Source of the DNA: an uncultured delta proteobacterium
GTDB lineage: Bacteria; Myxococcota_A; Polyangia; Polyangiales; Houyiibacteriaceae
Assembly: GCA_963699755.1 (NCBI GenBank)
Contig: CAVOVB010000011.1
Span: 1-64,000, forward strand
Length of the DNA: 64,000 nucleotides
Direction of reading: 5' to 3'
Positions 1 to 9,814 of this stretch are shown in pieces. The position numbers and the translations under genes were made by a program. The notes beneath the pieces are model-generated. The model was not told the origin of the DNA, did not search any database, and saw only the letters and a program-made list of their open reading frames with translations. How positions within the stretch are numbered: the stretch's first letter is position 1; every line of letters starts with the position of its first letter.

Positions 1-73
<73 letters not shown>

Positions 74-78
74 GCCTG

Positions 79-106
79 TTTATAGTCATGGGCTTTGACT
101 TGTCAA
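79..106 (-). promoter_or_regulatory. sigma70-type promoter of tRNA-fMet
   Basis: Minus strand TTGACA (106-101), 16-nt spacer, TATAAA (84-79), directly upstream of the tRNA. Confidence 0.65.
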
Positions 107-133
107 AACGAGCCCATGCACTAAATTTTCCCG

Positions 134-1219
134 ATGAATTCGGGCGTTTTCCGGCGACTTGCGTGGCTGCTGCTCGGGCTATCACCGATGGCCCTTGGCT
201 GCGAGGGCGAGGCGCCGGCGAAGAGCGGCCCCAATGGGCCTCCGCCGGCGCGTGTCTGGGTCGCGGAGGTGCGCGCGGGGAGCGTGAAAGCCGAGTGGTC
301 GTTCCTCGGTGACGTGAGCGCGCTGCAGCACGCACAGCTCGCGGCCGGCGCCTCGGGCGAAGTGCGTCGCGTGCTCGTGCGCGTCGGGGACCGGGTCAAG
401 AAGGGTGACTTGCTCGTCGAGATCGATCCATCGCTCGCAGCCGCGCGCGTTCGCGCTGCATCGGCCTCCAAGGAAGCGGGCGCGGCCCAACTCGAGCGGG
501 CGCAGCGCGACGCGGAACGATTGAGCACGGCGGGGCCGGACATCGCTGCGCGCGCCGAAATCGAACAAGCGACGTCGGAACACAAGCGCGCGGCAGCCGA
601 ACGTGGGCGGCTCAAAGCTGCGGAGGCTGAAGCCCGCGCCCAGCTCGGACGCCATCGCATCACGGCGCCGTTCGACGGTGTGGTCGCAAATCGTCGAGTC
701 GATCCCGGCGATTGGGTCGACCCGGGAGTCGAAGCGATCGAGCTCATCGACGATCGCGATGTCGATATCCTTGCATCGGTTCCACCTGAGGTCGCGAGCT
801 TCCTGTCCGTCGGCGACAAGGCGAATCTGCAGCGCAGGGGCGACACGACGCCGGCAACCATTCGAGGCATCGTCCCGGCGCTCGACAGCGAGTCTCGCAC
901 CATGCTCTTGCGCCTGGCGCCGGACGAACCGCCTGTCTGGCTGTTGCCCGGCGCCGCAGTCGACGTGATCATCACCGTAGAGCGCAGCGAAGAAGGCGCG
1001 CTGGTCGTGCCGCGCGATGCGTTGGTCTATGGGATTGCCAAGACGCAGGTCGTGAAATCCGTCGAGGGGAAGGCGGCCCCGATCTCGGTCGAGGTCCTGG
1101 CGAGCGGGCGAGAGGCGGTTCTGATCGGGGCCGACGATCTGGCTGCCGGAGACTTGGTGGTCACGCGCGGCAACGAGCGCGTGTTCCCGGGGCAACCCCT
1201 GATCGTGCTGGAAGACTGA
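134..1219 (+). CDS. RND efflux periplasmic adaptor (membrane fusion protein), probable lipoprotein
   Basis: Signal peptide ending ALGC, lipoyl-like halves (VRVGDRVKKGDLL, ITAPFDGVV), helical hairpin, C-terminal GDLVVTRG; immediately upstream of an RND permease. Confidence 0.92.
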   Translation: MNSGVFRRLAWLLLGLSPMALGCEGEAPAKSGPNGPPPARVWVAEVRAGSVKAEWSFLGDVSALQHAQLAAGASGEVRRVLVRVGDRVKKGDLLVEIDPSLAAARVRAASASKEAGAAQLERAQRDAERLSTAGPDIAARAEIEQATSEHKRAAAERGRLKAAEAEARAQLGRHRITAPFDGVVANRRVDPGDWVDPGVEAIELIDDRDVDILASVPPEVASFLSVGDKANLQRRGDTTPATIRGIVPALDSESRTMLLRLAPDEPPVWLLPGAAVDVIITVERSEEGALVVPRDALVYGIAKTQVVKSVEGKAAPISVEVLASGREAVLIGADDLAAGDLVVTRGNERVFPGQPLIVLED

Positions 1220-1223
1220 GCGC

Positions 1224-4200
1224 GTGACGCACGACGAGAAGCATCCGCCCGAGGAACAGCCCGCCGGGCTTTCGTGGCTCGCGATCCAGCGACCGATCAC
1301 GGTCATCGTGGGCATCGTGCTGGTCGTCCTCTTCGGCGCGCTCTCGGTGATGGACTTGCCGATTCAGCTCACGCCCGACATTGCAACGCCCACGATCAGC
1401 ATCAGCACGGTTTGGCCAGGCGCGGCGCCGGTGGAGATCGAAACGGAGATCCTCGAACCCCAGGAAGAGGTCCTGAAGAATGTCCAGGGCCTGACCCGCA
1501 TGGAGTCTAGCGCCAGCATGGATAGCGGTAGCATCACGCTTGAGTTCGAGGTCGATACGGTCATCGAAGAAGCGCTCGTTCGCGTGACCAACAAGCTCAG
1601 CCAGGTGGCGAGCTACCCAGAAGCCGTACGAGAGCCGGTAGTGGAAACCGCCAATAGCGCGGGGCCGCCACTGGCCGTCATCGCGATCCGAGATCCGAAC
1701 GAGGGCAATGTCGGGGCCTATCGGACTTGGGTTCAGGACGAGATTCTCCCCGAGCTCGATCGCATTCCGGGCGTGGCCGGCATCTTCTTTATTGGCGGCC
1801 AGGACACCGAGGTTCACGTGCTGTTCGATGCGCAAGCCCTGGCCGCGCGCGGTTTGTCGGTACAGGGGGTCGCCGATCGGGTGCGGAGCGAGCTTCGTGA
1901 CCTGTCCGGCGGGGACGTGACACTCGGCAAGCGCCGCTATCTCGTACGCACATCGATCGCGCCACGAACGCCCTCGGCCCTCGAACAGGTGGTGCTGGGC
2001 GCGACTAGCGACGGCACGCCCATTCTGCTCGGAGACGTGGCCACTGTGAAGCTTGCGCTTCGGAAGCCGATCGGGGTTGCGCTGGTTCAGGACCGACCTG
2101 CAATGGTGATGCTCCTCTCCCGAGAGGCAGGGACAAACGTGCTCGAGGTCACGCGCGAGGTGCACGACGTCATCGAACGCTTGCAGCGCGAGAAGTTCAA
2201 CCGGGAAGGCCTGCAAATCGAGCTCCTCGCCGACCAGGTCGAGTACATCGAAGGCGCGCTCGACCTGGTCGAGCAGAACCTGCTCCTCGGCGCAATCCTG
2301 GCCGTCGTCGTTCTCTTCCTGTTCCTGCGAACGTTCGGTGCTTCCGCAGTGGTCAGCGTCGCCATTCCGGTCTGCGCGTTCGCCACTGCGCTCGGCATGC
2401 AAGCGCTCGGCCGCACGATCAACGTCGTGTCCTTGGCGGGCATCACCTTCGCCGTTGGCATGGTCGTGGACAACTCCATCGTGGCGCTCGAGAGCATCGA
2501 CACCTGGCGGACCCGGGCGCCGAACACGAAGCTCGCAGCGTACCGGGGCATCCGCGAGGTCTGGGGAGCGCTGATCGCATCCACCGCGACGACGGTCGCG
2601 GTGTTCATTCCCATCGTGCTCTGGCAGGGCGAAGTCGGCGAGCTCCTACGCGACGTGGCGGTTGCCATCGCCTTGGCGGTCTCGGTCTCGCTCCTGGTGT
2701 CCGTGCTCGTCATCCCGAGCCTCGCAGCTCGCCTGCTCTCGCAGGGCCAGACCCTCGACATCGGCGGCCTCACCGACTTCGGCCGCAGGTTCCGCTCACG
2801 GGTCACCGAGCAAGTGCGCTGGCTCTGCAGCTCGACGCGGCGTTCCGGGGCGACCGTCGCGATCGCCATCATCGGATCGGCACTGGCGACCTGGGCGCTC
2901 TTGCCGCCGATGGAGTACCTGCCGACCGGGAATCGCAATCTAGTCTTCGGAATTCTTGTGCCCCCTCCCGGATACTCGATCACCGAGCTCGAATCGACGG
3001 GCAACCGGCTTCAGGGTGAGATGACCCGATACACCGGCCAGGAAACCGACGGTGAGGTGAACATCCAACGGAGTTTCTTCGTCGGGAGCCCGGACCGGGT
3101 CTTCGCGGGCGCCGTGGCCGAGCACGACGAGGACGTCGGCCGTATGCTCGATCTCATACGACGCGTGCAGGCGAAGATCCCCGGCATGATCTCCTTCGCC
3201 ACGCAGGCTTCGCTTTTCGGGCGCACCATAGGCGGAGGCCGCGTGGTCGAGATCGACATTCAGGGCCCGGACTTGCAGACCTTGACTGCCGTCGGGGGCC
3301 GCCTCTTCGGGGATCTTCGCACCGCACTGCCGGGCGCGCAGATTCGACCGGAGCCGAGTCTGGATCCTGGGGCGCCCGAGCTGCATGTCATTCCGAGGCG
3401 GAAGGAAGCGGCACGCCTTCAGATGGGAGGCGCCGAGCTCGGGCTGGTGGTGGACGCGTTGATCGACGGCGCGATCATCGGGGAGTACACGCCGACGGGC
3501 CAACCCAAGCTCGACGTCGTTCTTCGCGCCGTGAACGACGAGGATCAACTGCTCCCCGATGCCGCCGCACTACTCTCGGCACCGGTCGCCACTCCGAGCG
3601 GCCTGACCGTACCACTCGGCGCGCTCGCAGAGATCGAAGAGGAGCTCGGCCCCTCGGTCATCCGGCATCTAGAGCGACGCCGCGCGATCACGCTCAGCGT
3701 GTCGCCTCCGGAGGACCTGGCCCTTGAAGACGCGATCGATGCGATTCGCGACGACGTGATCGGCAAGCTCGAAGCCGAAGGCGCAATTCCCGCGGGAGTC
3801 GAGCTCGGTCTGAGTGGTGCCGCGGGGAAGCTCGAGCTCGCACAGAAGCAGTTTGGCAACATCCTCTTGCTGGCCGTTGTCATATGCTTCCTCTTGATCG
3901 CGGCGCTCTTCGAGGATTTCTTGTCTCCGATCGCGGTCCTCGTGAGCGTGCCCTTGGCCGCCGCTGGTGGGGCGGGCGGCCTCTGGCTGGTCAACGCCTT
4001 GCTCGGCAAGCAGCCGCTCGACTTGATGACCGCGCTCGGATTTCTGATCTTGATCGGCGTGGTCGTGAACAACGCGATTCTGGTCGTCGACGGTTCGATC
4101 ACCCGCCTTCGATCGGGATCGAGTCTCAGCGATGCGGTCCCACTCGCGGTCGAAGCGCGCGTTCGTCCCATCTTCATGACCACCGCGACATCGCTCGCGG

Positions 4201-4367
4201 GCCTCTTGCCGATGGTGATCTTTTCGGGCTCTGGCTCGGAGCTTTATCGCGGGGTCGGGGCGATCGTTCTAGGCGGCCTTCTGCTCTCGACGGTGCTCAC
4301 ACTCTTCGTGGTTCCGAGCGCATTCACGCTCCTTTGGCGGCTCCGCGGACGCGGCGGGACGGATTGA
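1224..4367 (+). CDS. RND efflux permease, AcrB/AcrD/AcrF family
   Basis: 1047 aa, multi-pass membrane protein with two large periplasmic loops; motifs GMVVDNSIV, GVVVNNAIL, RVRPIFMTT. Confidence 0.95.
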   Translation: MTHDEKHPPEEQPAGLSWLAIQRPITVIVGIVLVVLFGALSVMDLPIQLTPDIATPTISISTVWPGAAPVEIETEILEPQEEVLKNVQGLTRMESSASMDSGSITLEFEVDTVIEEALVRVTNKLSQVASYPEAVREPVVETANSAGPPLAVIAIRDPNEGNVGAYRTWVQDEILPELDRIPGVAGIFFIGGQDTEVHVLFDAQALAARGLSVQGVADRVRSELRDLSGGDVTLGKRRYLVRTSIAPRTPSALEQVVLGATSDGTPILLGDVATVKLALRKPIGVALVQDRPAMVMLLSREAGTNVLEVTREVHDVIERLQREKFNREGLQIELLADQVEYIEGALDLVEQNLLLGAILAVVVLFLFLRTFGASAVVSVAIPVCAFATALGMQALGRTINVVSLAGITFAVGMVVDNSIVALESIDTWRTRAPNTKLAAYRGIREVWGALIASTATTVAVFIPIVLWQGEVGELLRDVAVAIALAVSVSLLVSVLVIPSLAARLLSQGQTLDIGGLTDFGRRFRSRVTEQVRWLCSSTRRSGATVAIAIIGSALATWALLPPMEYLPTGNRNLVFGILVPPPGYSITELESTGNRLQGEMTRYTGQETDGEVNIQRSFFVGSPDRVFAGAVAEHDEDVGRMLDLIRRVQAKIPGMISFATQASLFGRTIGGGRVVEIDIQGPDLQTLTAVGGRLFGDLRTALPGAQIRPEPSLDPGAPELHVIPRRKEAARLQMGGAELGLVVDALIDGAIIGEYTPTGQPKLDVVLRAVNDEDQLLPDAAALLSAPVATPSGLTVPLGALAEIEEELGPSVIRHLERRRAITLSVSPPEDLALEDAIDAIRDDVIGKLEAEGAIPAGVELGLSGAAGKLELAQKQFGNILLLAVVICFLLIAALFEDFLSPIAVLVSVPLAAAGGAGGLWLVNALLGKQPLDLMTALGFLILIGVVVNNAILVVDGSITRLRSGSSLSDAVPLAVEARVRPIFMTTATSLAGLLPMVIFSGSGSELYRGVGAIVLGGLLLSTVLTLFVVPSAFTLLWRLRGRGGTD

Positions 4368-5079
4368 GGTACTTCTTCTTGAGCTGCTGAAGCTCGTCAC
4401 GCGTGAGCTCCCGATATTCGCCCGGCCGCAGTCCTTCGATGCTGATGCCTGCAAACGACTGGCGAGCCAGCCGCATGACGCGGCGGTGAATCGCATCGCC
4501 CATGCGGTGAATCTGTCGGTTCTTGCCCTCGGTGAGCGTGAGCTGCACCCAGGTGTGGGTCCGCTCCTGGCGCAACACGAACGCCTCGGCAGGCTTGGTG
4601 CGATAGCCGTCGTCCAGCCGCACGCCGTTCCGAAGCGCGTCGAGCTCCTCGACATCGAGGTGGCCCTGAAACTTCACGGCGTAGATCTTGGGCACCCCGG
4701 AAACCGGCCGTAGAAGGGCGTCGATCATCTCGCCGTCATTGGTCGCCAAGATCGCACCGCTGGTGTGATAGTCGAGCCGGCCGACGGGCACGACACGCTC
4801 CGGGATCTTCCGCAACAGGTCCGCAATGGTCGCCCTGCCCTCGGGATCATCGAGCGTGGTCACCATCTCCCGCGGCTTGTGAATGAGATAGTACACCGGC
4901 TTCTCCGAGACCAGACGCCTCCCGTCGACCTCGACCCGGTCCTTGTGCGGGTCTACCTTGGTCCCGAGCTCGGTTACGATGCGCCCATTTACACGCACGC
5001 GCCCAGCGAGGATCAATTGCTCGGATGCACGCCGAGAAGCAACGCCGGCACGGGCGAGAACCTTTTGTAGGCGTTCCAC
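4324..5079 (-). CDS. rluB: rRNA pseudouridine synthase, RsuA/RluB family
   Basis: N-terminal S4 domain (ERLQKVLARAGVASRR), catalytic VGRLD, EGKNRQI motif. Confidence 0.85.
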   Translation of the reverse strand: MERLQKVLARAGVASRRASEQLILAGRVRVNGRIVTELGTKVDPHKDRVEVDGRRLVSEKPVYYLIHKPREMVTTLDDPEGRATIADLLRKIPERVVPVGRLDYHTSGAILATNDGEMIDALLRPVSGVPKIYAVKFQGHLDVEELDALRNGVRLDDGYRTKPAEAFVLRQERTHTWVQLTLTEGKNRQIHRMGDAIHRRVMRLARQSFAGISIEGLRPGEYRELTRDELQQLKKKYLNPSRRVRGAAKGA

Positions 5080-5116
5080 CGGCGGACCCTAGCATGCGGA
5101 ATCAGGAGCGTGTCCC

Positions 5117-5794
5117 CTACTGGCTGGCTTCGCTCGATTGTTGGTTGGCAAGGGCGGACTTGTGCAGCCGGTCTTCGTCTCGGTCCCAGCGGTCGACTTT
5201 GCCGTCGCCGTTGACGTCGGTACCGATGCGGACAGTTCGACCGTCGATGTAGTATTCCCAGCGATCCGGGCGCCACTGCGCGATGGTGCTACGGTTCTTC
5301 ATATCGCGCTCGGCTCTCACGGGCTGGCCGGCTTCGTAGAAGATCTTGGTATCGATCATCCCGTTGCCGCTCGTGTCGATTTCCTGGAGGCTCACGCGGC
5401 CGTTGTCATAGTGGGTCACCTCATCGATACGGCCGTCGAAATCACGATCGGACTCCTCGCGCATCGGTCTGCCCTCATCGGTGTAGAGCCGCACGATGTC
5501 CTTGCGGCGGTCGCCGTTCAAATCCGCCTCTCGGCAGACCAAAACCAGCCGCGCAAGGCTGCCCTCGCCCATGGTTTTGAAGAGTTTTCGCACATCAGGC
5601 GTGGTGTCGCCGGAGGTGTCGTATTCGTTGACTTCGTAGCCTGGGCCGTGGGGCAGGCAGCGCGCACCATCGGCGACCTCGCCACCCGAGGTCGACTCGG
5701 CCTGACCCGCGCCGGGGCTCTTCACCGGCTGGGGATCCTGCGAACCACAACCGAGCACCGCCAGCCCCAAGAGGCAGAGCAGAAAGCGTTTCAT
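5117..5794 (-). CDS. lipoprotein with repeated DxNxDGxxD-type motifs
   Basis: Start MKRFLLCLLGLAVLGC (ATG 5794 overlaps the upstream TGA); repeats DLNGDRRKD, DRDFDGRID, DTSGNGMID, DVNGDGKVD. Confidence 0.8.
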   Translation of the reverse strand: MKRFLLCLLGLAVLGCGSQDPQPVKSPGAGQAESTSGGEVADGARCLPHGPGYEVNEYDTSGDTTPDVRKLFKTMGEGSLARLVLVCREADLNGDRRKDIVRLYTDEGRPMREESDRDFDGRIDEVTHYDNGRVSLQEIDTSGNGMIDTKIFYEAGQPVRAERDMKNRSTIAQWRPDRWEYYIDGRTVRIGTDVNGDGKVDRWDRDEDRLHKSALANQQSSEASQ

Positions 5795-6474
5795 AGCTTG
5801 CCCTTCTCGCATCGAAGCGCGTCGTCGGCGGGTCCCATGCTCTGTAGCGGCATGTCTCGGCTCCGATCTGGTTCGCCATCCGCATTGTCATCGTATTGAG
5901 TCAGCACGAGCTTGCCGCCCCGAAACGAATCCCACTTCTCGACGCGACCGTCGTTGTCGTCATCGTACTTCGCCTCGGTGAGGAGGCCCTGCTCGTACAG
6001 TTCCCAAACGTCGACTCTGCCGTCACGCTGTCGATCGCGCTCCGCCCGCACCACCCAGCCGTCGCCGCACCAGAGCCAGGTATCAATCGCGTTGTCGAAG
6101 TCCGTGTCGAGCTCCTTGCGAACGAGCGTGCCACCTTCGAAGTAAGACAGCTCGTCGAGGCGCCCATCGAAGTCGAAGTCGTGGCGCTCTTGCGAGACCT
6201 GTACTCCGTCCTCTTCGTAGAAGCGCTCCAGGTCGATCTTGCCGTCGAAGTTCATGTCTGCTTTCGTGCAGAAGCGACGACCGTTGCGTTCAACGTGTTC
6301 AATATCCACGCGCCCGTCTTCGTTGACGTCGGTCGCGATGGCCTGATTCCCTTGGCACCGAGTGGCGTCCATGGAGCCCCGCGGAGCCGTGTTCGACGAA
6401 CCCTTGTTGCACCCGAGCCCCGCCAGGCTCACCAAAACGGCAAGCCCGAGCAGAGCATGCGCGAAATTGCTCAT
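5791..6474 (-). CDS. lipoprotein with repeated DxNxDGxxD-type motifs (paralog of its neighbour)
   Basis: Start MSNFAHALLGLAVLVSLAGLGC; repeats DVNEDGRVD, DMNFDGKID, DFDFDGRLD, DTDFDNAID, DRQRDGRVD, DDDNDGRVE, DDNADGEPD at about 22-aa spacing. Confidence 0.8.
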   Translation of the reverse strand: MSNFAHALLGLAVLVSLAGLGCNKGSSNTAPRGSMDATRCQGNQAIATDVNEDGRVDIEHVERNGRRFCTKADMNFDGKIDLERFYEEDGVQVSQERHDFDFDGRLDELSYFEGGTLVRKELDTDFDNAIDTWLWCGDGWVVRAERDRQRDGRVDVWELYEQGLLTEAKYDDDNDGRVEKWDSFRGGKLVLTQYDDNADGEPDRSRDMPLQSMGPADDALRCEKGKL

Positions 6475-6564
6475 GTTTGTGGCCACTCTTAGGTCCCCCC
6501 TGAACCCGCTCTCCATAAGAATACGGTCGATCGAGAGGCCTGCGCAAGTCTATGGCCCCTTCGA

Positions 6565-6593
6565 TTGACAATATATATGGTGCCATGTAGTTT
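6565..6593 (+). promoter_or_regulatory. sigma70-type promoter of the RHH gene and lepA
   Basis: TTGACA (6565-6570), 17-nt spacer, TAGTTT (6588-6593), 21 nt before the RHH start codon. Confidence 0.65.
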
Positions 6594-6614
6594 CATGCCA
6601 CTTCTGAGGACCGA

Positions 6615-6809
6615 ATGGCGCGCAAAAAGATCTCGACGACGGTCTACATCACGCCCGAGCAAAACGAGCGACTCAAGCTCCTGCACGAGCGCACGAAAGT
6701 GCCTGTCGCGGTATACATCCGCGAAGGCATTGATCTCGTCTTAGACCGCCACCAGGACGAGCTCCCAGGACAGATGTCCCTGGATGCGGCGCCACCCAAA
6801 AAGGGTTAG
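6615..6809 (+). CDS. ribbon-helix-helix DNA-binding protein
   Basis: 64 aa; beta-ribbon KISTTVYIT followed by two helices (PEQNERLKLLHERTK, VAVYIREGIDLVL); SD GAGGA. Confidence 0.85.
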   Translation: MARKKISTTVYITPEQNERLKLLHERTKVPVAVYIREGIDLVLDRHQDELPGQMSLDAAPPKKG

Positions 6810-6857
6810 CAACGGCGCATTGCTGTGGGCCTGGCGCAAGGCTAGAGAGGTCGCAGT

Positions 6858-8654
6858 TTGGCGCAAGATCTCCAGCACATCCGGAACTTCTGTATCATCG
6901 CGCACATCGATCACGGCAAGAGCACCCTTGCCGATCGGTTCCTCGATGTCACCGGGGTGGTTTCGGCGCGGGAGCAGAAGTCGCAGCTGCTCGACCGGAT
7001 GGAGCTCGAGCAGGAGCGAGGCATCACCATCAAGGCACAGGGCGTCCGGCTCCCATTCACCGCCGCCAACGGTGAGAAGTATCAATTGAACCTCATCGAC
7101 ACGCCCGGGCACGTCGATTTCAGCTACGAGGTCTCGCGGTCGCTCGCGGCCTGCGACGGAGCCCTCCTGGTCGTCGACGCGACGCAAGGCGTCGAAGCGC
7201 AGACCCTGGCCAACGTCTATCTCGCCGTAGAGAACGATTTGGAGATCATTCCGGTCTTCAACAAGGTCGACTTGCCGAGCGCGGACGTGGAGCGGGTGCG
7301 CAAAGAGGTCGAAGACGTCATCGGGCTCGATTGCTCCGAGTTGCTCGCCTGCAGCGCCAAAACAGGTGAAGGCGTTCGGGAAATCCTCGAAGCGGTCGTC
7401 CAACGGGTGCCTCCGCCGGAGACGGATGACAGCGGTTTCCTGCGAGCGTTGATTTTCGACACCTGGTACGACAGCTATCGGGGCGCCGTCTGCATGATTC
7501 GCATTAAAGATGGCACGGTCCGCAAAGGCGACAAGGTCCGTTTAATGGCCACCGGGGCCGAGCACGAAGCGACCGAGCTCGGTGTCTACACGCCATTTCA
7601 AGAGGAGGTCGACCAACTGGGACCCGGCGAGGTCGGCTACCTCGCCGCAAGCATCAAGTCACTCCAGGACGCCAAGGTCGGCGACACCATCACCTTGGCG
7701 AAGAACCCGGCCAAGGAAGCGCTCGCCGGTTTCAAGGAAGTCAAGCCAATGGTGTTCTGCGGGATCTTCCCGACGGACAGCGACCAGTACCCCGAGCTCC
7801 GCGACGCGCTCGAGAAGCTGAATCTCAACGACGCCGCGTTCATGTACGAGCCGGAGACGTCCGACGCGCTCGGCTTCGGGTTTCGTTGCGGCTTCCTCGG
7901 GCTCTTGCACATGGAGATCATCCAAGAGCGGCTCGAGCGCGAGTACAATCTCGGGCTCATCACAACGGCGCCGAGCGTCGTGTATCGGGTGCACACCGAA
8001 GAGAAAACTATCGACGTCGACAACCCGTCGCAGATTCCCGATGGTCGCATCCGAATCGAAGAGCCCTACTTCAAGGTTTCGATCCATGTGCCTGCCGAGT
8101 TCGTCGGCTCGGTGATCAAGCTTTGCCAAGACCGCCGCGGTGAACAACAGGGCATTCAATATGCTTCCCGCGAGCGCGTGATCATTACTTATTCGATGCC
8201 GCTCGCCGAAGTGCTCTTTGATTTTTTCGACAAGCTCAAGAGCGCCACCAAGGGCTACGCCTCGATGGACTACGAGCTGGCCGGGTACCGCGAGAATCCT
8301 CTCGTTCGCCTCGACATGCTGCTCAACGGCCAGAAGGTCGATGCCCTCAGCGCGGTCGTTCACAAAGACAAGGCCTACTACTTGGGGCGTGCGCTCGCCG
8401 CGAAGCTCAAGAAGATCGTGCCGCGACAGCAATACGAGGTGATCATCCAAGCCGCCATCGGCTCCAAGGTCATCGCTCGCGAAACCGTTCGCGCCCTACG
8501 CAAAGACGTCACGGCCAAGTGCTACGGCGGCGACATCTCGCGAAAGCGCAAGCTTCTAGAAAAGCAAAAAGAAGGCAAGAAGCGCATGAAGGCTGTGGGC
8601 AGCGTCGAGATTCCGCAGGACGCGTTTCACGCGATTCTCAAAGTAGACGACTAG
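6858..8654 (+). CDS. lepA: translation elongation factor 4 (LepA)
   Basis: [47 protein letters not shown]-terminal [18 protein letters not shown]. Confidence 0.98.
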   Translation: MAQDLQHIRNFCIIAHIDHGKSTLADRFLDVTGVVSAREQKSQLLDRMELEQERGITIKAQGVRLPFTAANGEKYQLNLIDTPGHVDFSYEVSRSLAACDGALLVVDATQGVEAQTLANVYLAVENDLEIIPVFNKVDLPSADVERVRKEVEDVIGLDCSELLACSAKTGEGVREILEAVVQRVPPPETDDSGFLRALIFDTWYDSYRGAVCMIRIKDGTVRKGDKVRLMATGAEHEATELGVYTPFQEEVDQLGPGEVGYLAASIKSLQDAKVGDTITLAKNPAKEALAGFKEVKPMVFCGIFPTDSDQYPELRDALEKLNLNDAAFMYEPETSDALGFGFRCGFLGLLHMEIIQERLEREYNLGLITTAPSVVYRVHTEEKTIDVDNPSQIPDGRIRIEEPYFKVSIHVPAEFVGSVIKLCQDRRGEQQGIQYASRERVIITYSMPLAEVLFDFFDKLKSATKGYASMDYELAGYRENPLVRLDMLLNGQKVDALSAVVHKDKAYYLGRALAAKLKKIVPRQQYEVIIQAAIGSKVIARETVRALRKDVTAKCYGGDISRKRKLLEKQKEGKKRMKAVGSVEIPQDAFHAILKVDD

Positions 8655-8818
8655 CGCAGATCTCATCACCCTCGACCGAGGAGCGCGCGGCGCGGGTGCG
8701 CCAGGTGCTGCGTCCACGAACCGAGGAATAGCAACGCAATTTCGAGCGTGAGGGGATGGCCGGACATGGCGTGCCCCCGCAAGCGAGCCGACCGAGGGGG
8801 TGACGAGATGCGCTCTAG
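8651..8818. mobile_element. putative MITE / miniature inverted-repeat element flanked by CTAG
   Basis: Left end CTAGCGCAGATCTCATCACCC versus reverse complement of right end CTAGAGCGCATCTCGTCACCC: 17/21 identical. No credible ORF inside. Confidence 0.55.
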
Positions 8819-9804
8819 TGTCGTTTGCCTCGCCGGCGGCTCTCCTTCATGTCGTCGGGCAGAAGCTCGTTAGTGCCGAGAGTCGAGGTGTTGGCGACCT
8901 GAACTTCGAACTCTTCGTTGATGTCGATGCTCTCCGCGCCCTCGGGTGTTTGGACGAGGAGGCGGTCCGCGGCGGTACCGTTCGCCGAGGCATCGGATTC
9001 GAGGGCATTGAGGTCGAGGATAATCTGGCCGTTGGCCTCTGAGGTCATCGACTCGACGGAAATGAGAATCTCTTCGTCGGGGAACTCGATGCTCTGCGGA
9101 AGGGCCAACTGCTGCACGGTGACGTTGAGCATGATCTCGTCGCCGACCCGATCGACCAAGGTGTACGTATTCACCTGCTGAATGTCGAAACCGTAGGCCT
9201 TGATTTGCCGGCGAGACTCCCATCGCGCGCCCAGGCCGACCGCCTCCGCGGGAAGTCGGACGCGCGTCAGGGTTTCGCGAGAATTGAGGATCATGCGGAG
9301 CAAACGCACCGGCACATTGGAGCGCTTGGTCTGCTCGTTGAGGGCACCGTCGAGCATCTGGCCGCGGTCGTCGATCTCGACCCAGCCGCCAACGCTCTGC
9401 GCTAGCGCGGCGCCGTCTCGGAGCTGCTCCGCCAGGCTCTCGTCGAAGCCTTCCGGCACCACCGCCTCGGAGCGCACCACGTCGACCTTGAACTTCACGC
9501 CACGCTCGGTGGGCTCTGCGGGGCCCGACACGATGTCGAGACGAAGGCCCGGGAGGATCGTAAGTGCTGCGTTTTCCTGACTGGTCATGAGGCTCGCGAC
9601 TCGAAACGTCGTCGTAGAGCTCGTCGTCGTGCCGGCGGCAACGTGGTAGCGAAGCTCAGACCGCGGCCTCTGTCCCTTGTCGAGCAAGCGAACCCCGCTG
9701 TGATCTGCTGTCGCAGCGTCTGCGGCCGTTTGGGTTTCCTTGCATCCGCTCAGCGCCAGTGTCGCGCAGGCTAGTGCCAGCGCTCGGATCATCGATCGCG
9801 TCAT
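8815..9804 (-). CDS. hypothetical lipoprotein
   Basis: Lipobox LALSGC after MTRSMIRALALACAT; beta-rich body containing LPAEAVGLGARWE; function not assignable. Confidence 0.7.
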   Translation of the reverse strand: MTRSMIRALALACATLALSGCKETQTAADAATADHSGVRLLDKGQRPRSELRYHVAAGTTTSSTTTFRVASLMTSQENAALTILPGLRLDIVSGPAEPTERGVKFKVDVVRSEAVVPEGFDESLAEQLRDGAALAQSVGGWVEIDDRGQMLDGALNEQTKRSNVPVRLLRMILNSRETLTRVRLPAEAVGLGARWESRRQIKAYGFDIQQVNTYTLVDRVGDEIMLNVTVQQLALPQSIEFPDEEILISVESMTSEANGQIILDLNALESDASANGTAADRLLVQTPEGAESIDINEEFEVQVANTSTLGTNELLPDDMKESRRRGKRH

Positions 9805-9814
9805 TTTGGAACCT

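Noticed and set aside
6615..6809. RHH antitoxin of a toxin-antitoxin pair
   Set aside because: No adjacent toxin ORF; the next gene is lepA.
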